64,000 nucleotides of DNA from Acholeplasmataceae bacterium (GTDB lineage Bacteria > Bacillota_I > Bacilli_A > Acholeplasmatales > Acholeplasmataceae), in assembly GCA_963667565.1 (NCBI GenBank), contig OY763415.1, positions 512,001 through 576,000 on the forward strand, read 5' to 3'. Below, in pieces: positions 52,902 through 64,000 of the stretch. Each line of letters opens with the position of its first letter. Positions within the stretch are counted from its first letter, which is position 1. Position numbers and translations under genes: made by a program. The notes under the pieces were generated by a model. That model made no database searches. It saw only the letters and a list, made by a program, of their open reading frames with translations, and was not told the DNA's origin.

Positions 52902-53891
52902 AATACCAAAAGTTCTTAAAATGATGTATGCAATATAAGTGACATAAATAAATAATAATGTGTAACCAAATGGTTTTTTAAGTGTTTTAGTAAAGACACT
53001 CATTAAGAATACAATAACTGTAATACCAAGTGCAATAAATAAATCAATGGCAACGCCAGATGAAATACCAAGTGGTGTTACAATACCTGATAGACCGACA
53101 ATAAGAAGTGTATTAAAGACATTTGAGCCAATCACATTTCCAAGTGCAATATCACTTTCACCTTTTTTAGCTGCAACGATTGAAGTAACAAGTTCTGGAA
53201 GTGATGTTCCAAGTGCAACTACACTTAAGCCTATAAATGCTTGCGCATTAGAACGTGCAACATTAAATCCATCAGTTAATAACGTAACTGCTAAGTATTC
53301 AGCTGTGTTTGTAACAAGCATGCCACCTGCAGTGACACCAATGATACCGATAACTAATAAAATGATTGCTTTTTTTGTATCAATGACATGGATTTCTTCA
53401 ACTGGAACTTCATCTTTATCAGTTTTTAGCATCATGTACATATATATAGCAAATAATAGAAGTAAAATTAGTGCTTCTAATTGTGAAATTTGATGATCTG
53501 CTTGAAATAATACACCAAATAATGCAATGACTAATGTAATGATGATAAGGAATGGAAATTCTCTTCTTAATAAAGTTTTTTTAACAGCTATTGGCATCAT
53601 GACTGCACTGGCACCTAAAATCAGTGTTAAATTAGCAATATTTGAACCAATAACATTTCCCATTGCAATATCTGCGGTCGTTCCAGCTGTTTTAGCAGCT
53701 AAGGATGCAGTAAAACTTACGGCAAGTTCTGGTAGTGATGTCCCAAACGCAACAAGTGTTAAACCAATCACAATCGTTGGAACTTTTAGTTTTTTAGCAA
53801 TTGAGCTAGAGGAGTCTACGAAAAAGTCAGCACCTTTAATAAGTAAAATAAAACCTAGAATTAATCCTAAAATATTTAAAAAAATCTGCAT
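52896..53891 (-). CDS. Calcium/sodium antiporter (CaCA, YrbG-like)
   Basis: Two alpha repeats GTSLPEL and GNVIGSN. Confidence 0.93.
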   Translation of the reverse strand: MQIFLNILGLILGFILLIKGADFFVDSSSSIAKKLKVPTIVIGLTLVAFGTSLPELAVSFTASLAAKTAGTTADIAMGNVIGSNIANLTLILGASAVMMPIAVKKTLLRREFPFLIIITLVIALFGVLFQADHQISQLEALILLLLFAIYMYMMLKTDKDEVPVEEIHVIDTKKAIILLVIGIIGVTAGGMLVTNTAEYLAVTLLTDGFNVARSNAQAFIGLSVVALGTSLPELVTSIVAAKKGESDIALGNVIGSNVFNTLLIVGLSGIVTPLGISSGVAIDLFIALGITVIVFLMSVFTKTLKKPFGYTLLFIYVTYIAYIILRTFGIL

Positions 53892-54011
53892 GATTGACGA
53901 TCCTCTATTCTTGATGTTTGTTAATAACTAACTAGTTATCATTTTAGCATAAATGACGACTTATAACAAGGTAAAACGATTGTTAAAATCATGCATAAAA
54001 ATATACAATCA

Positions 54012-54043
54012 TTGACTTTTTACATAAAAAATAGTAATATAAT
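54012..54043 (+). promoter_or_regulatory. Promoter for the CorC/CNNM gene pair
   Basis: TTGACT-17nt-TAATAT with overlapping TATAAT at 54038-54043. Confidence 0.55.
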
Positions 54044-54187
54044 ATCATCATAGATTCATGGAGGAATCAATTACTTTAATGGAAGATTGCAGTAGTAGGA
54101 TCGAAGATCCCATATATCAGATACTCAAAGACATTGAACAAACATCTTTTTTTGGTGTCTTTTTTTGTTGTATAAAGGGGGCATATC

Positions 54188-55486
54188 ATGATACTTTCTA
54201 GTATAATTGTTTTAGTTTTTGTATTGATCACTGCCATTTTAAGTAGTGCTCAAGTGGCACTTGTTGCTGTAAGTAATTTACAAGTTGAAGAAGATGTTGA
54301 TCAAAAACAAAAACAAGCTAAAAAAGTGCTTAAGATTATTGATGAACCAGGTAACTATTTAGTTACTATTCAAACACATATTTCACTACTTACCATTATT
54401 TCAAGTGCGTTAACATTTACTTATATTTATCAAGGCGCACTATCTTGGTTTAACAATCCTAATACGTATGTTAAATTATTGACACTCATCATTATTGGAT
54501 TTTTGTTATTACTCATACAAGTTGTTTTTGGAAGAATGATTCCTAAAAGAATGGCAAATAAGTTCCCAAAAAGAATTGCATACAATGTTGCAGGATTTGT
54601 TATTTTCTTATCTTATTTGACAAAACCACTTGAATATCTATTTACTAAAATTTCTATTATATTTGGTCATTTGTTTGGTCTATCTGCAAAAGATGGAGAG
54701 CGTTTAATGACTGAAGAAGAAATTAGAAATATCGTTGAAGAAAGTTCTAAGAGCGGTGAGATTGAGGCTTCAGAAAGCGAAATGATTCAAAATATTTTTG
54801 ATTTCAGTGATACGCTTGTTGAAGAAATTATGACACATAGAACTGAAATAGCAGCACTAAATATTAAATCAACTAAAAAGCAAGTTTTAGCATATATGCA
54901 GGATGAACATTACACAAGATATCCAGTATATGAAAAAGATTTAGATCACATTATAGGTACTGTTCATGTTAAAGATTTATTAAAATACACAGATACTGAG
55001 GAGCGCTTCTCACTTAAAGATATTTTAAGACAACCTATATTTATTCCAGACTCTAAAAAAACGAGTGAATTGTTTAAAGAAATGCAAAAAGAAAAAAACC
55101 ATATTGCTATCGTTTTAGATGAATATGGTGGTACAGCTGGTTTAGTGACAATTGAAGATTTAATTGAAGAAATTGTTGGAAATATCTTTGATGAATATGA
55201 TGAAGTTGAAGAAGATATTCATCAACTTGATGAACACACATATATTGTTAATGGATTATCTAACATTGATGATGTTGAAGATGATTTGGATTTAGATTTA
55301 CCAGTTGATGATTATGATACTGTTAGTGGTTTTATTTTAGGGCAACTTGGACGTCTTCCAGAGGAGGATGAACATATCGAATTCACTTATGAAGGTCATG
55401 AATATCAAGTATTAGAAATTGAGCAAAATGTTATTAAAAAAGTAAAAATTATTAAAAATGATATCAATGAGGAAGATGAGGACTAA
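54188..55486 (+). CDS. HlyC/CorC (CNNM-CBS) family transporter
   Basis: DUF21 TM region, YTRYPVY, DEYGGTAGLVTIEDLIEEIVG, CorC C-domain. Confidence 0.92.
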   Translation: MILSSIIVLVFVLITAILSSAQVALVAVSNLQVEEDVDQKQKQAKKVLKIIDEPGNYLVTIQTHISLLTIISSALTFTYIYQGALSWFNNPNTYVKLLTLIIIGFLLLLIQVVFGRMIPKRMANKFPKRIAYNVAGFVIFLSYLTKPLEYLFTKISIIFGHLFGLSAKDGERLMTEEEIRNIVEESSKSGEIEASESEMIQNIFDFSDTLVEEIMTHRTEIAALNIKSTKKQVLAYMQDEHYTRYPVYEKDLDHIIGTVHVKDLLKYTDTEERFSLKDILRQPIFIPDSKKTSELFKEMQKEKNHIAIVLDEYGGTAGLVTIEDLIEEIVGNIFDEYDEVEEDIHQLDEHTYIVNGLSNIDDVEDDLDLDLPVDDYDTVSGFILGQLGRLPEEDEHIEFTYEGHEYQVLEIEQNVIKKVKIIKNDINEEDED

Positions 55487-56754
55487 TGGGGCCGCAGGAT
55501 TATATACAAATTTCAGTTTTAGCCATATTAATTATTCTATCAGCATTTTTTTCATCAGCTGAAACTGCATTTTCATCTATCAATAATATAAAATTGAAGC
55601 ATATGATTCAAAATGGACATAAAAAAGCAGAAAAAACATTAGAACTTTCTGAAAATTTTGAATCAGTTTTAACGACGCTTTTAATTGGAAATAATATTGT
55701 TAATATCTTAGCTGCATCAATTGCTACTATATTTTTTGTAAAACATATTAATGAGCAAGCAGGTCCAGCTATAGCAACTGCTGTCATGACAGTTTTAGTA
55801 CTTATTTTTGGTGAGATTACACCAAAAACATTTGCTAAACGTATTCCTGAAAAGTATTCTATTGCGATCACACCAATACTTGTTGGCTTCATGTTTATTT
55901 TAAAACCTTTAGCTATTATATTTGGAACCATTCAAAAGATCATGAAGAAATCAATCAAAACAGAAGAATCTACGATTTCTGAAGATGAATTATTAACTTA
56001 TGTAAGTGAAGTTCAAAATGAAGGTGGCATTAATGAAAACGAGGAAGAACTCATTTCAAGAGTGATTGATTTTGATGATTTACTCGTTAAAGATATTTTA
56101 ACACCTAGAATGCAAGTGATTGCGATTAATGAACATGATGAAAATGATAAAATAATCATTGCATTTAAACGTTCTGGCTATTCAAGATTACCTGTTTATG
56201 ATACAAATATTGATCATATCATCGGCGTGATTAATCATAAAGACTTCTATAATCGAGTATTACTTGATAAACAACAACTAGATGATATAATTTTCCCAGC
56301 TGTCTTTGTCACCGAATATATGAAAGTTGTTAACTTACTTGATTTATTTAGAGCTAATAAATCCCATATGGCGATTGTTAAAGATGAGTTTGGTGGAACT
56401 ATTGGTATTGTTACGATGGAAGATATTTTAGAAGAACTTGTTGGTGACATTTGGGATGAGCATGATGAGATTGTAGAACAAGTCATTAAAGTCAATGATT
56501 TCGAATATAGGGTCAAAGGACATGCGGAAATTGATGTGTTATTCGAGCAATTGGGTGTTGAGATTGATCATGAATATGCGACTGTCAATGGATGGGTTGT
56601 TGATGAGTTTGGTCATATTCCCTTTATTGGAGAATCATTTCAATTCAATAACTTGTTGATTACAGTGACATCTGCAGATACGAAAAAAGTACTTGAAGTT
56701 ACGATTAAAATTCAAAATATTGAAGAAGAATTAACTGAAGAAGTTGATGAATAA
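55486..56754 (+). CDS. HlyC/CorC (CNNM-CBS) family transporter, second paralogue
   Basis: FFSSAETAF, LIGNNIVN, GEITPK and DEFGGTIGIVTMEDILEELVG motifs. Confidence 0.93.
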   Translation: MGPQDYIQISVLAILIILSAFFSSAETAFSSINNIKLKHMIQNGHKKAEKTLELSENFESVLTTLLIGNNIVNILAASIATIFFVKHINEQAGPAIATAVMTVLVLIFGEITPKTFAKRIPEKYSIAITPILVGFMFILKPLAIIFGTIQKIMKKSIKTEESTISEDELLTYVSEVQNEGGINENEEELISRVIDFDDLLVKDILTPRMQVIAINEHDENDKIIIAFKRSGYSRLPVYDTNIDHIIGVINHKDFYNRVLLDKQQLDDIIFPAVFVTEYMKVVNLLDLFRANKSHMAIVKDEFGGTIGIVTMEDILEELVGDIWDEHDEIVEQVIKVNDFEYRVKGHAEIDVLFEQLGVEIDHEYATVNGWVVDEFGHIPFIGESFQFNNLLITVTSADTKKVLEVTIKIQNIEEELTEEVDE

Positions 56755-56777
56755 ATAGGTAGAAGTACCTATTTTTT
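56753..56777 (+). terminator. Intrinsic terminator
   Basis: AAATAGGTA-GAAG-TACCTATTT plus T-run. Confidence 0.75.
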
Positions 56778-56801
56778 ATTAAAAAAAAGAATGAATATTT
56801 T

Positions 56802-56948
56802 TTAGTTTGAAAATGCATTTGATGCTTGTTCAAATACAAAGTAGAAATCTATAGTATCAATGGTAGCTGATTCTAAAGCATCATCACTACATGCTACTAG
56901 CGCAAAAGCAAGTAATACCACGACTCGTAGTAAACTTCACTTTCTCAT
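56802..56948 (-). pseudogene. Lipoprotein gene remnant with in-frame TGA at codon 4
   Basis: GGAGG SD, then MRK*SLLRVVVLLAFALVACSDDALES...; lipobox LVA-C. Confidence 0.55.
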
Positions 56949-57147
56949 TATTTAGTTACCTCCAAGAATTATATCTTATACCGTGATTATACATAAAAAA
57001 ACGATCGAACAAGCAATATTATAAATGGTTTAGATAATTATTTTATTCAATAAAAAAAAACACTTTTTTTAGCAATAAACGCTTAATTCGCTTTATTTAA
57101 ATGCTAATAAATGTTAAAATACTTTAGGAAAGGTTTGATTGATATTA

Positions 57148-58971
57148 ATGAAACATAACACATTAAATGACAGACAAAAGAAAATAAGAAACTTTTCTAT
57201 CATAGCACATATTGACCACGGTAAATCAACGCTTGCTGATCGTATATTAGAAAAAACAAATACGGTATCACAACGTGAAATGAAAGAACAACTTCTAGAT
57301 TCAATGGATTTAGAAAGAGAACGTGGTATTACAATTAAACTAAATGCAGTTGAATTAGAATATTTAGCTAAAGATGGACAAACATATATCATGCACCTTA
57401 TAGATACACCTGGTCATGTCGATTTCACTTATGAAGTCTCTAGATCACTTGCAGCTTGTGAAGGTGCTATTTTAGTCGTGGATGCGGCTCAGGGGATTGA
57501 AGCACAAACGCTCGCAAATGTTTATTTGGCTATAGATAATGATTTAGAAATTATTCCAGTCATCAATAAAATTGATTTACCTAGTGCAGAACCTCAAAAA
57601 GTCATTAATGAGATAGAAGATGTGATTGGTATTCCAGCACAAGACGCTATCTTGGCATCTGCAAAATCAGGTATTGGTATTGAGGATATTCTTGAAAGAA
57701 TTATAACAAGTGTACCAGCACCTACTGGAGATGCAAATGAGCCATTACAAGCATTAGTTTTTGATTCAGTTTTTGATGCATATAAAGGTGTTATTCCTTC
57801 AATTAGAGTCGTTAATGGTACGATCCAAAAGGGCGATATAATTGAATTTATGGCGACTAAAGCAAAATACGAAGTTGTTGAAGTTGGTGTTCATACACCT
57901 AAAATTGAAAAAAGAGATATTTTAGGACCTGGTGATGTTGGGTATATCAATGCTGCGATTAAAGATATTAATACAGTAAGTGTTGGAGATACCATCACAC
58001 ATGCAAATCAGAAAGCAGTAAAACCATTACCTGGATATCGTAAAATGAATTCAGTTGTTTTCTGTGGTATATACCCTATTGATTCTGATCAATATAATGA
58101 TTTGAAAGATGCTTTAGAAAAGCTTAAATTAAATGATGCATCACTACTTTATGAACCTGAAACATCACAAGCTTTAGGTTTTGGATTTAGAACTGGTTTT
58201 CTTGGATTACTTCATATGGAAATTATTCAAGAGCGTATTAGAAGAGAGTTTGGTATTGAATTGATAGCGACTGCACCTTCAGTTGTTTATCATGTCTTTT
58301 TAACAGATGGATCAATGATTGAAATTGATAATCCATCAAAATTACCTCAACCACAAGTCATTGATTATATTCAAGAACCTTTTGTTAAAGCAACCATCAT
58401 GGCACCAAAAGATTATATTGGTGCAGTCATGGATATTTCTCAGAAGAAACGCGGTATCTTTGGCGATATGAAATATATCGATAGTAATCGTGTGACAATC
58501 ACTTATGACTTACCTTTATCTGAAATTGTTTATGATTTCTTTGATAAATTAAAATCATCCACTAAAGGTTATGCTTCATTTGATTATGAAATGGCTGGAT
58601 ATAAAACATCTAAACTTCAAAAGATGGATATTTTATTAAATGGTGAAATCATTGATGCACTATCCTTAATTGTTCATAGAGATTTTGCTTATAATAGAGG
58701 AAAAGTAATCTGTGACAAAATGGTTGAATTAATTCCTCGTCAAATGTTTGAAATTCCTATTCAAGCTGCATTGGGCACTAAAATTATCGCAAGAACGAAC
58801 ATTAGAGCAATGCGTAAAGACGTTTTAGCTAAATGTTATGGTGGCGATATTTCAAGAAAGAAAAAATTATTAGAAAAACAAAAAGAAGGAAAGAAAAAGA
58901 TGAAATCTATTGGTAGAGTTGATGTACCTCAAGAAGCTTTCATGGCAATTCTTTCTAATAGTGATGATTAA
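57148..58971 (+). CDS. lepA: Elongation factor 4
   Basis: [28 protein letters not shown] and [10 protein letters not shown] motifs. Confidence 0.98.
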   Translation: MKHNTLNDRQKKIRNFSIIAHIDHGKSTLADRILEKTNTVSQREMKEQLLDSMDLERERGITIKLNAVELEYLAKDGQTYIMHLIDTPGHVDFTYEVSRSLAACEGAILVVDAAQGIEAQTLANVYLAIDNDLEIIPVINKIDLPSAEPQKVINEIEDVIGIPAQDAILASAKSGIGIEDILERIITSVPAPTGDANEPLQALVFDSVFDAYKGVIPSIRVVNGTIQKGDIIEFMATKAKYEVVEVGVHTPKIEKRDILGPGDVGYINAAIKDINTVSVGDTITHANQKAVKPLPGYRKMNSVVFCGIYPIDSDQYNDLKDALEKLKLNDASLLYEPETSQALGFGFRTGFLGLLHMEIIQERIRREFGIELIATAPSVVYHVFLTDGSMIEIDNPSKLPQPQVIDYIQEPFVKATIMAPKDYIGAVMDISQKKRGIFGDMKYIDSNRVTITYDLPLSEIVYDFFDKLKSSTKGYASFDYEMAGYKTSKLQKMDILLNGEIIDALSLIVHRDFAYNRGKVICDKMVELIPRQMFEIPIQAALGTKIIARTNIRAMRKDVLAKCYGGDISRKKKLLEKQKEGKKKMKSIGRVDVPQEAFMAILSNSDD

Positions 58972-59033
58972 AAAAGGTCATCACTTTTTTTATCTAAAGA
59001 TAAAAGGTATAATATAGATAAGGATGTGATTTC

Positions 59034-60125
59034 ATGAAAGGACTCTATGTCCATATTCCGTTTTGTGAATATATCTGTCATTATTGTGATTTTGTTAAAC
59101 GTATACCAAAAGATCAAGAAATGATGAAAACTTATGTTGATAAATTAATTCAAGAAATCAATCTGTACAAAGATCATTTTGAAACGATTGATACGATATA
59201 TATTGGTGGTGGAACACCAAGTATGTTATCTATAGATTTACTTGAGAAATTATTTATCGCTTTAAAAGAAATAAAACCTATTGAATATACGATTGAACTA
59301 AATCCTGATAGTTATTCGCATGAAAAAGGATTGTTATTTAAGTTATATGGTATTAATAGAGTCAGCATTGGCGTTCAAACATTTAATGAATCACTGCTTC
59401 ATTATTTAAATAGAAAACACTCAAATGAACAAGTCATCTATACAGTCAAAGACTTAGAACAAATTGGTATCCCTTATTTAAGTGTTGATTTAATTTTCGC
59501 GATTCCTGGACAAACCATGGCTGATTTAAGAAATGATTTAAAACAAATCATTGACTTAGGGATCACGCATGTCTCATGTTATTCTTTAATTTTGGAAGAA
59601 AAAACTTATTTTTATCATCAATATCTTAAAGGTAATTTTGAGCAAATGGATGAGGATCAAGAAGCACTCATGTATGAAGAAGTCATTAAATATTTATCAC
59701 ATCATGGTTTTAAACAATATGAGATTTCTAATTTTAGTAAAAATGGTCATATCTCACACCATAATCAAATCTATTGGACACTAGATCCATATATCGGTGT
59801 TGGTTTAGGTGCGCATGGTTTTATTGATGGATATCGAACCTATAATGAACGTATCCTTGATCTATACTATGATCACTTCCAAAAAGAAAAAACACTACAA
59901 ACAAAAGAAATGTTATTACAAGATGATTTGATTTTTGGGTTAAGAAAAACAGAAGGTGTTCATATCAAATCGATTGAAGAACGGTATCAAATTAATTTGT
60001 TTGAGACTTATCCTAAACTTAATGAACAACTCAAGATTGGACTTATAACAATAGAAAATGATTATTTGAAACTCACGAAGAAAGGGACATTATTAGGCAA
60101 TCAAGTCTTTATGGTATTTATATGA
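59034..60125 (+). CDS. hemW: Radical SAM heme chaperone HemW (HemN-like)
   Basis: YVHIPFC-x3-C-x2-CDF, GGGTPS and YEISNF motifs; follows lepA. Confidence 0.9.
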   Translation: MKGLYVHIPFCEYICHYCDFVKRIPKDQEMMKTYVDKLIQEINLYKDHFETIDTIYIGGGTPSMLSIDLLEKLFIALKEIKPIEYTIELNPDSYSHEKGLLFKLYGINRVSIGVQTFNESLLHYLNRKHSNEQVIYTVKDLEQIGIPYLSVDLIFAIPGQTMADLRNDLKQIIDLGITHVSCYSLILEEKTYFYHQYLKGNFEQMDEDQEALMYEEVIKYLSHHGFKQYEISNFSKNGHISHHNQIYWTLDPYIGVGLGAHGFIDGYRTYNERILDLYYDHFQKEKTLQTKEMLLQDDLIFGLRKTEGVHIKSIEERYQINLFETYPKLNEQLKIGLITIENDYLKLTKKGTLLGNQVFMVFI

Positions 60126-61021
60126 AATATTTGTTAAAGGACTATGAATATTATTTAAAACAAGAAAAAGGAAGAAGCCAAAATACTGTCCAAGCATATA
60201 TGAAGGACTTACTTCAATATCAACTTTTTTTAAAGAAATACTATGATATTTCAAAACCAAAATACATCGAGAAAAAGCATATTGAAGGATACTTAAAAAG
60301 CTTATCTAGAAATTTGTCTAGCAGAAGTGTTGCAAGAAAACTTACTGCAATCAAATCATTTCATCATTTTTTGATGATTGAAAAGGAAGTAGAAAGCGAT
60401 GTGTCAAAAACATTTCAAACACCTAAAAGTGTTAAAACACTTCCCAAGGTTTTATCAGTTGATGAAGTTGTAGCTATTCTTGAGATGGTTGATAAATCAG
60501 ATCCATTAGGACTTAGAAATAAAGCTTTATTAGAACTTATATATGGTTCTGGACTTAGAGTTTCTGAATTACTCAGTGTCAAAATTGAGGATGTTCATCT
60601 CAATCAATCATATATTTTAGTCCATGGAAAAGGACAAAAAGAAAGAATTGTACCTATCTCAGATATGGCTGTGCTTGCTATTAGGAAGTATCTAATAGAT
60701 GGTAGAGAGCAGTTACTTAAAGATCAACATCATGCGTATGTGTTTATTAATAATCAAGGGCATGTATTATCACGACAAGGATTTTTCAAACTATTGAAGA
60801 AACTTGCGTTAGATGCAGGTGTTGAAACTGAATGTTCACCACATACATTAAGACATTCGTTTGCGACACATTTATTAGAAAATGGTATGGACTTAAGAAC
60901 ACTCCAAACACTCTTAGGTCATGAAGATATTTCAACAACTCAGATTTATACTCATATCAGTCAAAAACATATTAAAGAAGTATATTTAAATGCACATCCA
61001 CGTGCAAAAAAGGAGGAATAA
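60122..61021 (+). CDS. xerD: Chromosomal site-specific tyrosine recombinase XerD
   Basis: GLRVSEL, GKGQKER, SPHTLRHSFATHLL and LGHEDISTTQIYTH; xerD-deoB synteny as in Bacillus. Confidence 0.9.
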   Translation: MKYLLKDYEYYLKQEKGRSQNTVQAYMKDLLQYQLFLKKYYDISKPKYIEKKHIEGYLKSLSRNLSSRSVARKLTAIKSFHHFLMIEKEVESDVSKTFQTPKSVKTLPKVLSVDEVVAILEMVDKSDPLGLRNKALLELIYGSGLRVSELLSVKIEDVHLNQSYILVHGKGQKERIVPISDMAVLAIRKYLIDGREQLLKDQHHAYVFINNQGHVLSRQGFFKLLKKLALDAGVETECSPHTLRHSFATHLLENGMDLRTLQTLLGHEDISTTQIYTHISQKHIKEVYLNAHPRAKKEE

Positions 61022-61024
61022 AGG

Positions 61025-62203
61025 ATGATATTTAAAAGAGTATTTTTAATTGTCATGGATAGTTTAGGTATTGGAGAAGCACCAGATGCAGAGAAATATA
61101 ATGATCTCGGTGCAAATACAATTGGGCACATTGCGGAAAGAATGGATTTAAAATGTCCAAATTTAAAAGCAATGGGTTATGGTAATATTGCTCCAATTAG
61201 AAACATTGAACCAGTTGATCATCCAAAAGCTTTTTATACTAAAATGCAAGAAGCTTCACTTGGAAAAGATACGATGACTGGACATTGGGAAATGATGGGA
61301 ATGTATATTACAAAACCATTTCAAACATTTACAGACACAGGATTCCCTAAAGAATTAATTGATTTATTAGAAGAAAGAACAGGGAGAAAAGTGATTGGTA
61401 ACATCTCTGCATCAGGTACAGATATATTGAGAGATTTAGGTGAAGAACACTTAAGAACAGGTGATTTAATTGTGTATACTTCAGCTGATTCAGTATTACA
61501 AATAGCGATGCATGAAGGTATTATTCCAATTGAAGAACAATATCGTATTTGTGAAATCGCAAGAGAAATTACTATGAAACCCGAATGGAAAGTTGGCCGT
61601 GTTATCGCAAGACCATTTGTTGGTGATAATAAAGATAACTTTACACGCACACCAAATCGTCATGATTATGCATTAAAACCACACACAAAAACTTCATTAA
61701 ACTATTTGAGCGAAGCTGGATTTGATGTGATCGCACTTGGTAAAATAAATGATATTTTTGATGGCTATGGTATAACAGAATTTAGTAAAACAAAATCGAA
61801 TGATGATGGTATGAGACAAATTACTGAAGTAGCTAAAAAAGATTTTACTGGATTATGTTTCTTAAATTTAGTTGATTTTGATGCGTTATATGGGCATCGT
61901 AGAAACCCAATTGGATATGGTAAAGCCATAGAAGATTTTGATGGGCAATTACCATTATTTATAGAACAATTAAGTGAGGATGATCTTGTGTTGATTACTG
62001 CAGATCATGGGAATGATCCAATACATCACGGCACAGATCACACTAGAGAATATGTTCCGTTACTCGCATTTTCAAAACGATTTAATGAAGGTAAACAATT
62101 GCCATTGTTAAAAACTTTTGCAGATTTAGGTTATACAATCAATGATAATTTCAAAACTGAACTTCCAGAATTTGGATCATCATTTTTAGGACTTCTTAAA
62201 TAA
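61025..62203 (+). CDS. deoB: Phosphopentomutase
   Basis: [27 protein letters not shown] and TADHGNDP motifs. Confidence 0.97.
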   Translation: MIFKRVFLIVMDSLGIGEAPDAEKYNDLGANTIGHIAERMDLKCPNLKAMGYGNIAPIRNIEPVDHPKAFYTKMQEASLGKDTMTGHWEMMGMYITKPFQTFTDTGFPKELIDLLEERTGRKVIGNISASGTDILRDLGEEHLRTGDLIVYTSADSVLQIAMHEGIIPIEEQYRICEIAREITMKPEWKVGRVIARPFVGDNKDNFTRTPNRHDYALKPHTKTSLNYLSEAGFDVIALGKINDIFDGYGITEFSKTKSNDDGMRQITEVAKKDFTGLCFLNLVDFDALYGHRRNPIGYGKAIEDFDGQLPLFIEQLSEDDLVLITADHGNDPIHHGTDHTREYVPLLAFSKRFNEGKQLPLLKTFADLGYTINDNFKTELPEFGSSFLGLLK

Positions 62204-62210
62204 AATAAAT

Positions 62211-62241
62211 AAAACGCATCTTATAATAGATGCGTTTTTTT
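62211..62241. terminator. Bidirectional intrinsic terminator
   Basis: AAAACGCATCT-TATAAT-AGATGCGTTTT. Confidence 0.8.
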
Positions 62242-62245
62242 ATGC

Positions 62246-62899
62246 TTAAATTTTTTGATTAATGTAGAGTTTAAGTTTCATCAAAATGATTGATAATAAT
62301 AAAGCGATAGGCATAATCACTAAAATCATTAATGTGAAAATACCGATAAATCCATGATCAAAATTTGAAGGATTAAAGAACGGATAGATGTATGGCATGT
62401 TTGGACTATCTGGATAATAGGTACTTATTAACTCTCCAAAAATAGGGTTAAAGATAAGATAAACTGAAGCAAAATAAATCAGTGGATATATCATCGCTAG
62501 ATATACTTTTTTTAGTGGTAAGGATTCTTTAAGATAGAACATAAAGTATATCATAAATAGGATTGGAACGATCGTGTGAAGTATCATTTGAAGCAGTTCG
62601 AAAGGGCTAAAATATGATCGCAAAAAGATGTGAAATAAAGACGCTGTAATTACGATATTGATTAATGAGATAAGATATAAAATCTCATGCCATTTCTTAT
62701 GCAATTTTTTTAGTGATAGCAGAGTTGAAACCGTCACTAAAAAATTTGATTGATTCGTAAAATAAGTTGCTATAACTAAAGAAGAAACAAAGAAGAAACC
62801 AGAAGAGAGTACTCTTTGTATTTGTAGTATAAAAGCAACCAACTCAAATAGAATAATTAAAACAATGAGTAGATATTTAATTGCTTGTTTTAATTTCAT
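62246..62899 (-). CDS. Pr6Pr (FAR-17a/AIG1-like) family membrane protein
   Basis: YFTNQSN, LHTIVP, YPLIY and PYIYPFFN motifs. Confidence 0.75.
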   Translation of the reverse strand: MKLKQAIKYLLIVLIILFELVAFILQIQRVLSSGFFFVSSLVIATYFTNQSNFLVTVSTLLSLKKLHKKWHEILYLISLINIVITASLFHIFLRSYFSPFELLQMILHTIVPILFMIYFMFYLKESLPLKKVYLAMIYPLIYFASVYLIFNPIFGELISTYYPDSPNMPYIYPFFNPSNFDHGFIGIFTLMILVIMPIALLLSIILMKLKLYINQKI

Positions 62900-62913
62900 T
62901 TGAAACCCTCCCC

Positions 62914-63888
62914 TTAAAATAATGTTTTTATGACATCAACTTTTTGAGTAAGACCAAGTGCTAGCATCAATTGAATTCTTGCTTTTTGTCCATTGAGACT
63001 TTGAGTAAAAATTACACCAAGTGATTGAAGATGATGACCTCCACCTTCATATCCATAGTTATCTAATACGCGACCTATTGGACATCTAGAAGTCAGTAGC
63101 ACAGGAATGTTTAACTCAATTGCACGTGTGATACCTGATACCATTTGAGGTGGAACATTGCCACGACCAAGTGCTTCAATGACAAAACCTTTGGCACCAT
63201 TGTCAATGAGTAAGTTTAGTAATTCTGAACCCATCCCCGCTGCAACTTTTATTAGATGTACTTGACTTTCAATAGATTCAGGGCGAAGAGCTGCAACTCG
63301 TAAAGAAGGATTTCTTGTGTAAATCACATTGTCTTGCTCAACAATACCAATAGGACCAAACTCTAAAGACTTAAAAGTATCCAATGCTAAAGTGTGTGAT
63401 TTAGTCACTTCACGTGCTGTATTAATTTCATCGTTAAGACAGACAAGCACTCCTTTACCAATTGAGTCTGGATGTGCTGCAACTAGTATTGATGATAGTA
63501 AGTTGCTAAGTCCATCAAAACCAATATCTGAATAACTGCGCATTGAACCTGTAAATACAACAGGTTTTTTGTGTAGTAAAAATAAATCTAAAAAATAAGA
63601 AGTCTCCTCAAGCGTATCAGTACCATGCGTAATGACTACGCCATCAATGATAGGATCATCAAGAAAACTTTGTGCAAGTTTAGCTAATTGAAGCATATCA
63701 TCAGGCGTCATTGAAGGCGATGGCTTTAATGAGAATTCATGTGTGCGAATCTCGATTTGCGAGAGTTCGCCTTGTATATCATCAATGAGATTATTTCGAT
63801 TGTCTACAATATTTGATTGTTTTTGTTGTGGGTTTCTTTGCATCGAAATTGTCCCACCAGTAAATATAATTTGTATAGTTTTTTTCAT
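62914..63888 (-). CDS. L-asparaginase
   Basis: FTGGTISM, VITHGTDTLEET, FTGSMR and QKARI motifs; start may be 63900. Confidence 0.93.
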   Translation of the reverse strand: MKKTIQIIFTGGTISMQRNPQQKQSNIVDNRNNLIDDIQGELSQIEIRTHEFSLKPSPSMTPDDMLQLAKLAQSFLDDPIIDGVVITHGTDTLEETSYFLDLFLLHKKPVVFTGSMRSYSDIGFDGLSNLLSSILVAAHPDSIGKGVLVCLNDEINTAREVTKSHTLALDTFKSLEFGPIGIVEQDNVIYTRNPSLRVAALRPESIESQVHLIKVAAGMGSELLNLLIDNGAKGFVIEALGRGNVPPQMVSGITRAIELNIPVLLTSRCPIGRVLDNYGYEGGGHHLQSLGVIFTQSLNGQKARIQLMLALGLTQKVDVIKTLF

Positions 63889-64000
63889 TTTTATCACCAT
63901 TTTTATTGTATCACGAAAGAATGAGAAATATATACGTATAAAATGACAAAAATCGATGGTTTATATGAAAAGTAGAAACATAACACCGAAATTTATAGTT

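Noticed and set aside
53047..53931. Long antisense ORFs (148 and 134 aa) opposite the Ca/Na antiporter, and similar shadow ORFs elsewhere (e.g. 35111-35494, 61321-61650)
   Set aside because: They lie on the opposite strand of well-conserved genes, lack SDs or motifs, and are expected from codon bias
54079..54190. Frameshift in the poly-T tracts fusing the uORF to the first CorC gene
   Set aside because: The CorC reading frame has a TAA at 54173-54175, between the T tracts and the ATG
63965..64000. ORF start MKSRNITPKFIV at the window edge
   Set aside because: Too short to assign

Overview
AT-rich, gene-dense core chromosome of a wall-less Firmicute-lineage bacterium, most likely Acholeplasmataceae. 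This is inferred from TGA used as stop and TGG as Trp, Bacillus-like synteny, a type B RNase P RNA, T-boxes and the absence of peptidoglycan genes around ftsZ. About 60 mostly housekeeping genes are present (tgt, ftsZ, ileS, thyA, rnj, rel, hisS-aspS, mutS2, pnp, lepA, xerD, deo genes). Non-coding elements include rnpB, TPP and preQ1-I riboswitches and two T-boxes. The standout is a ~1.5 kb accessory insert between rnj and rarA. An intact tyrosine recombinase gene (30079-30969) is bracketed by two identical 24-bp loxP-like sites in inverted orientation (29988-30011 and 30976-30999). Inside the segment, a perfect TTGACA-17-TATAAT promoter points outward. Inversion would aim it at an orphan 3-TM membrane gene (31021-31371), suggesting a self-inverting phase-variation switch captured in the OFF state. 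Secondary finds: a minimal Asp T-box lacking both the apical Stem I and Stem II, a TGT lacking its zinc ligands, a candidate attenuator before tandem CorC/CNNM genes, and a TGA-interrupted lipoprotein relic. All product calls come from motif recognition, not database searches.
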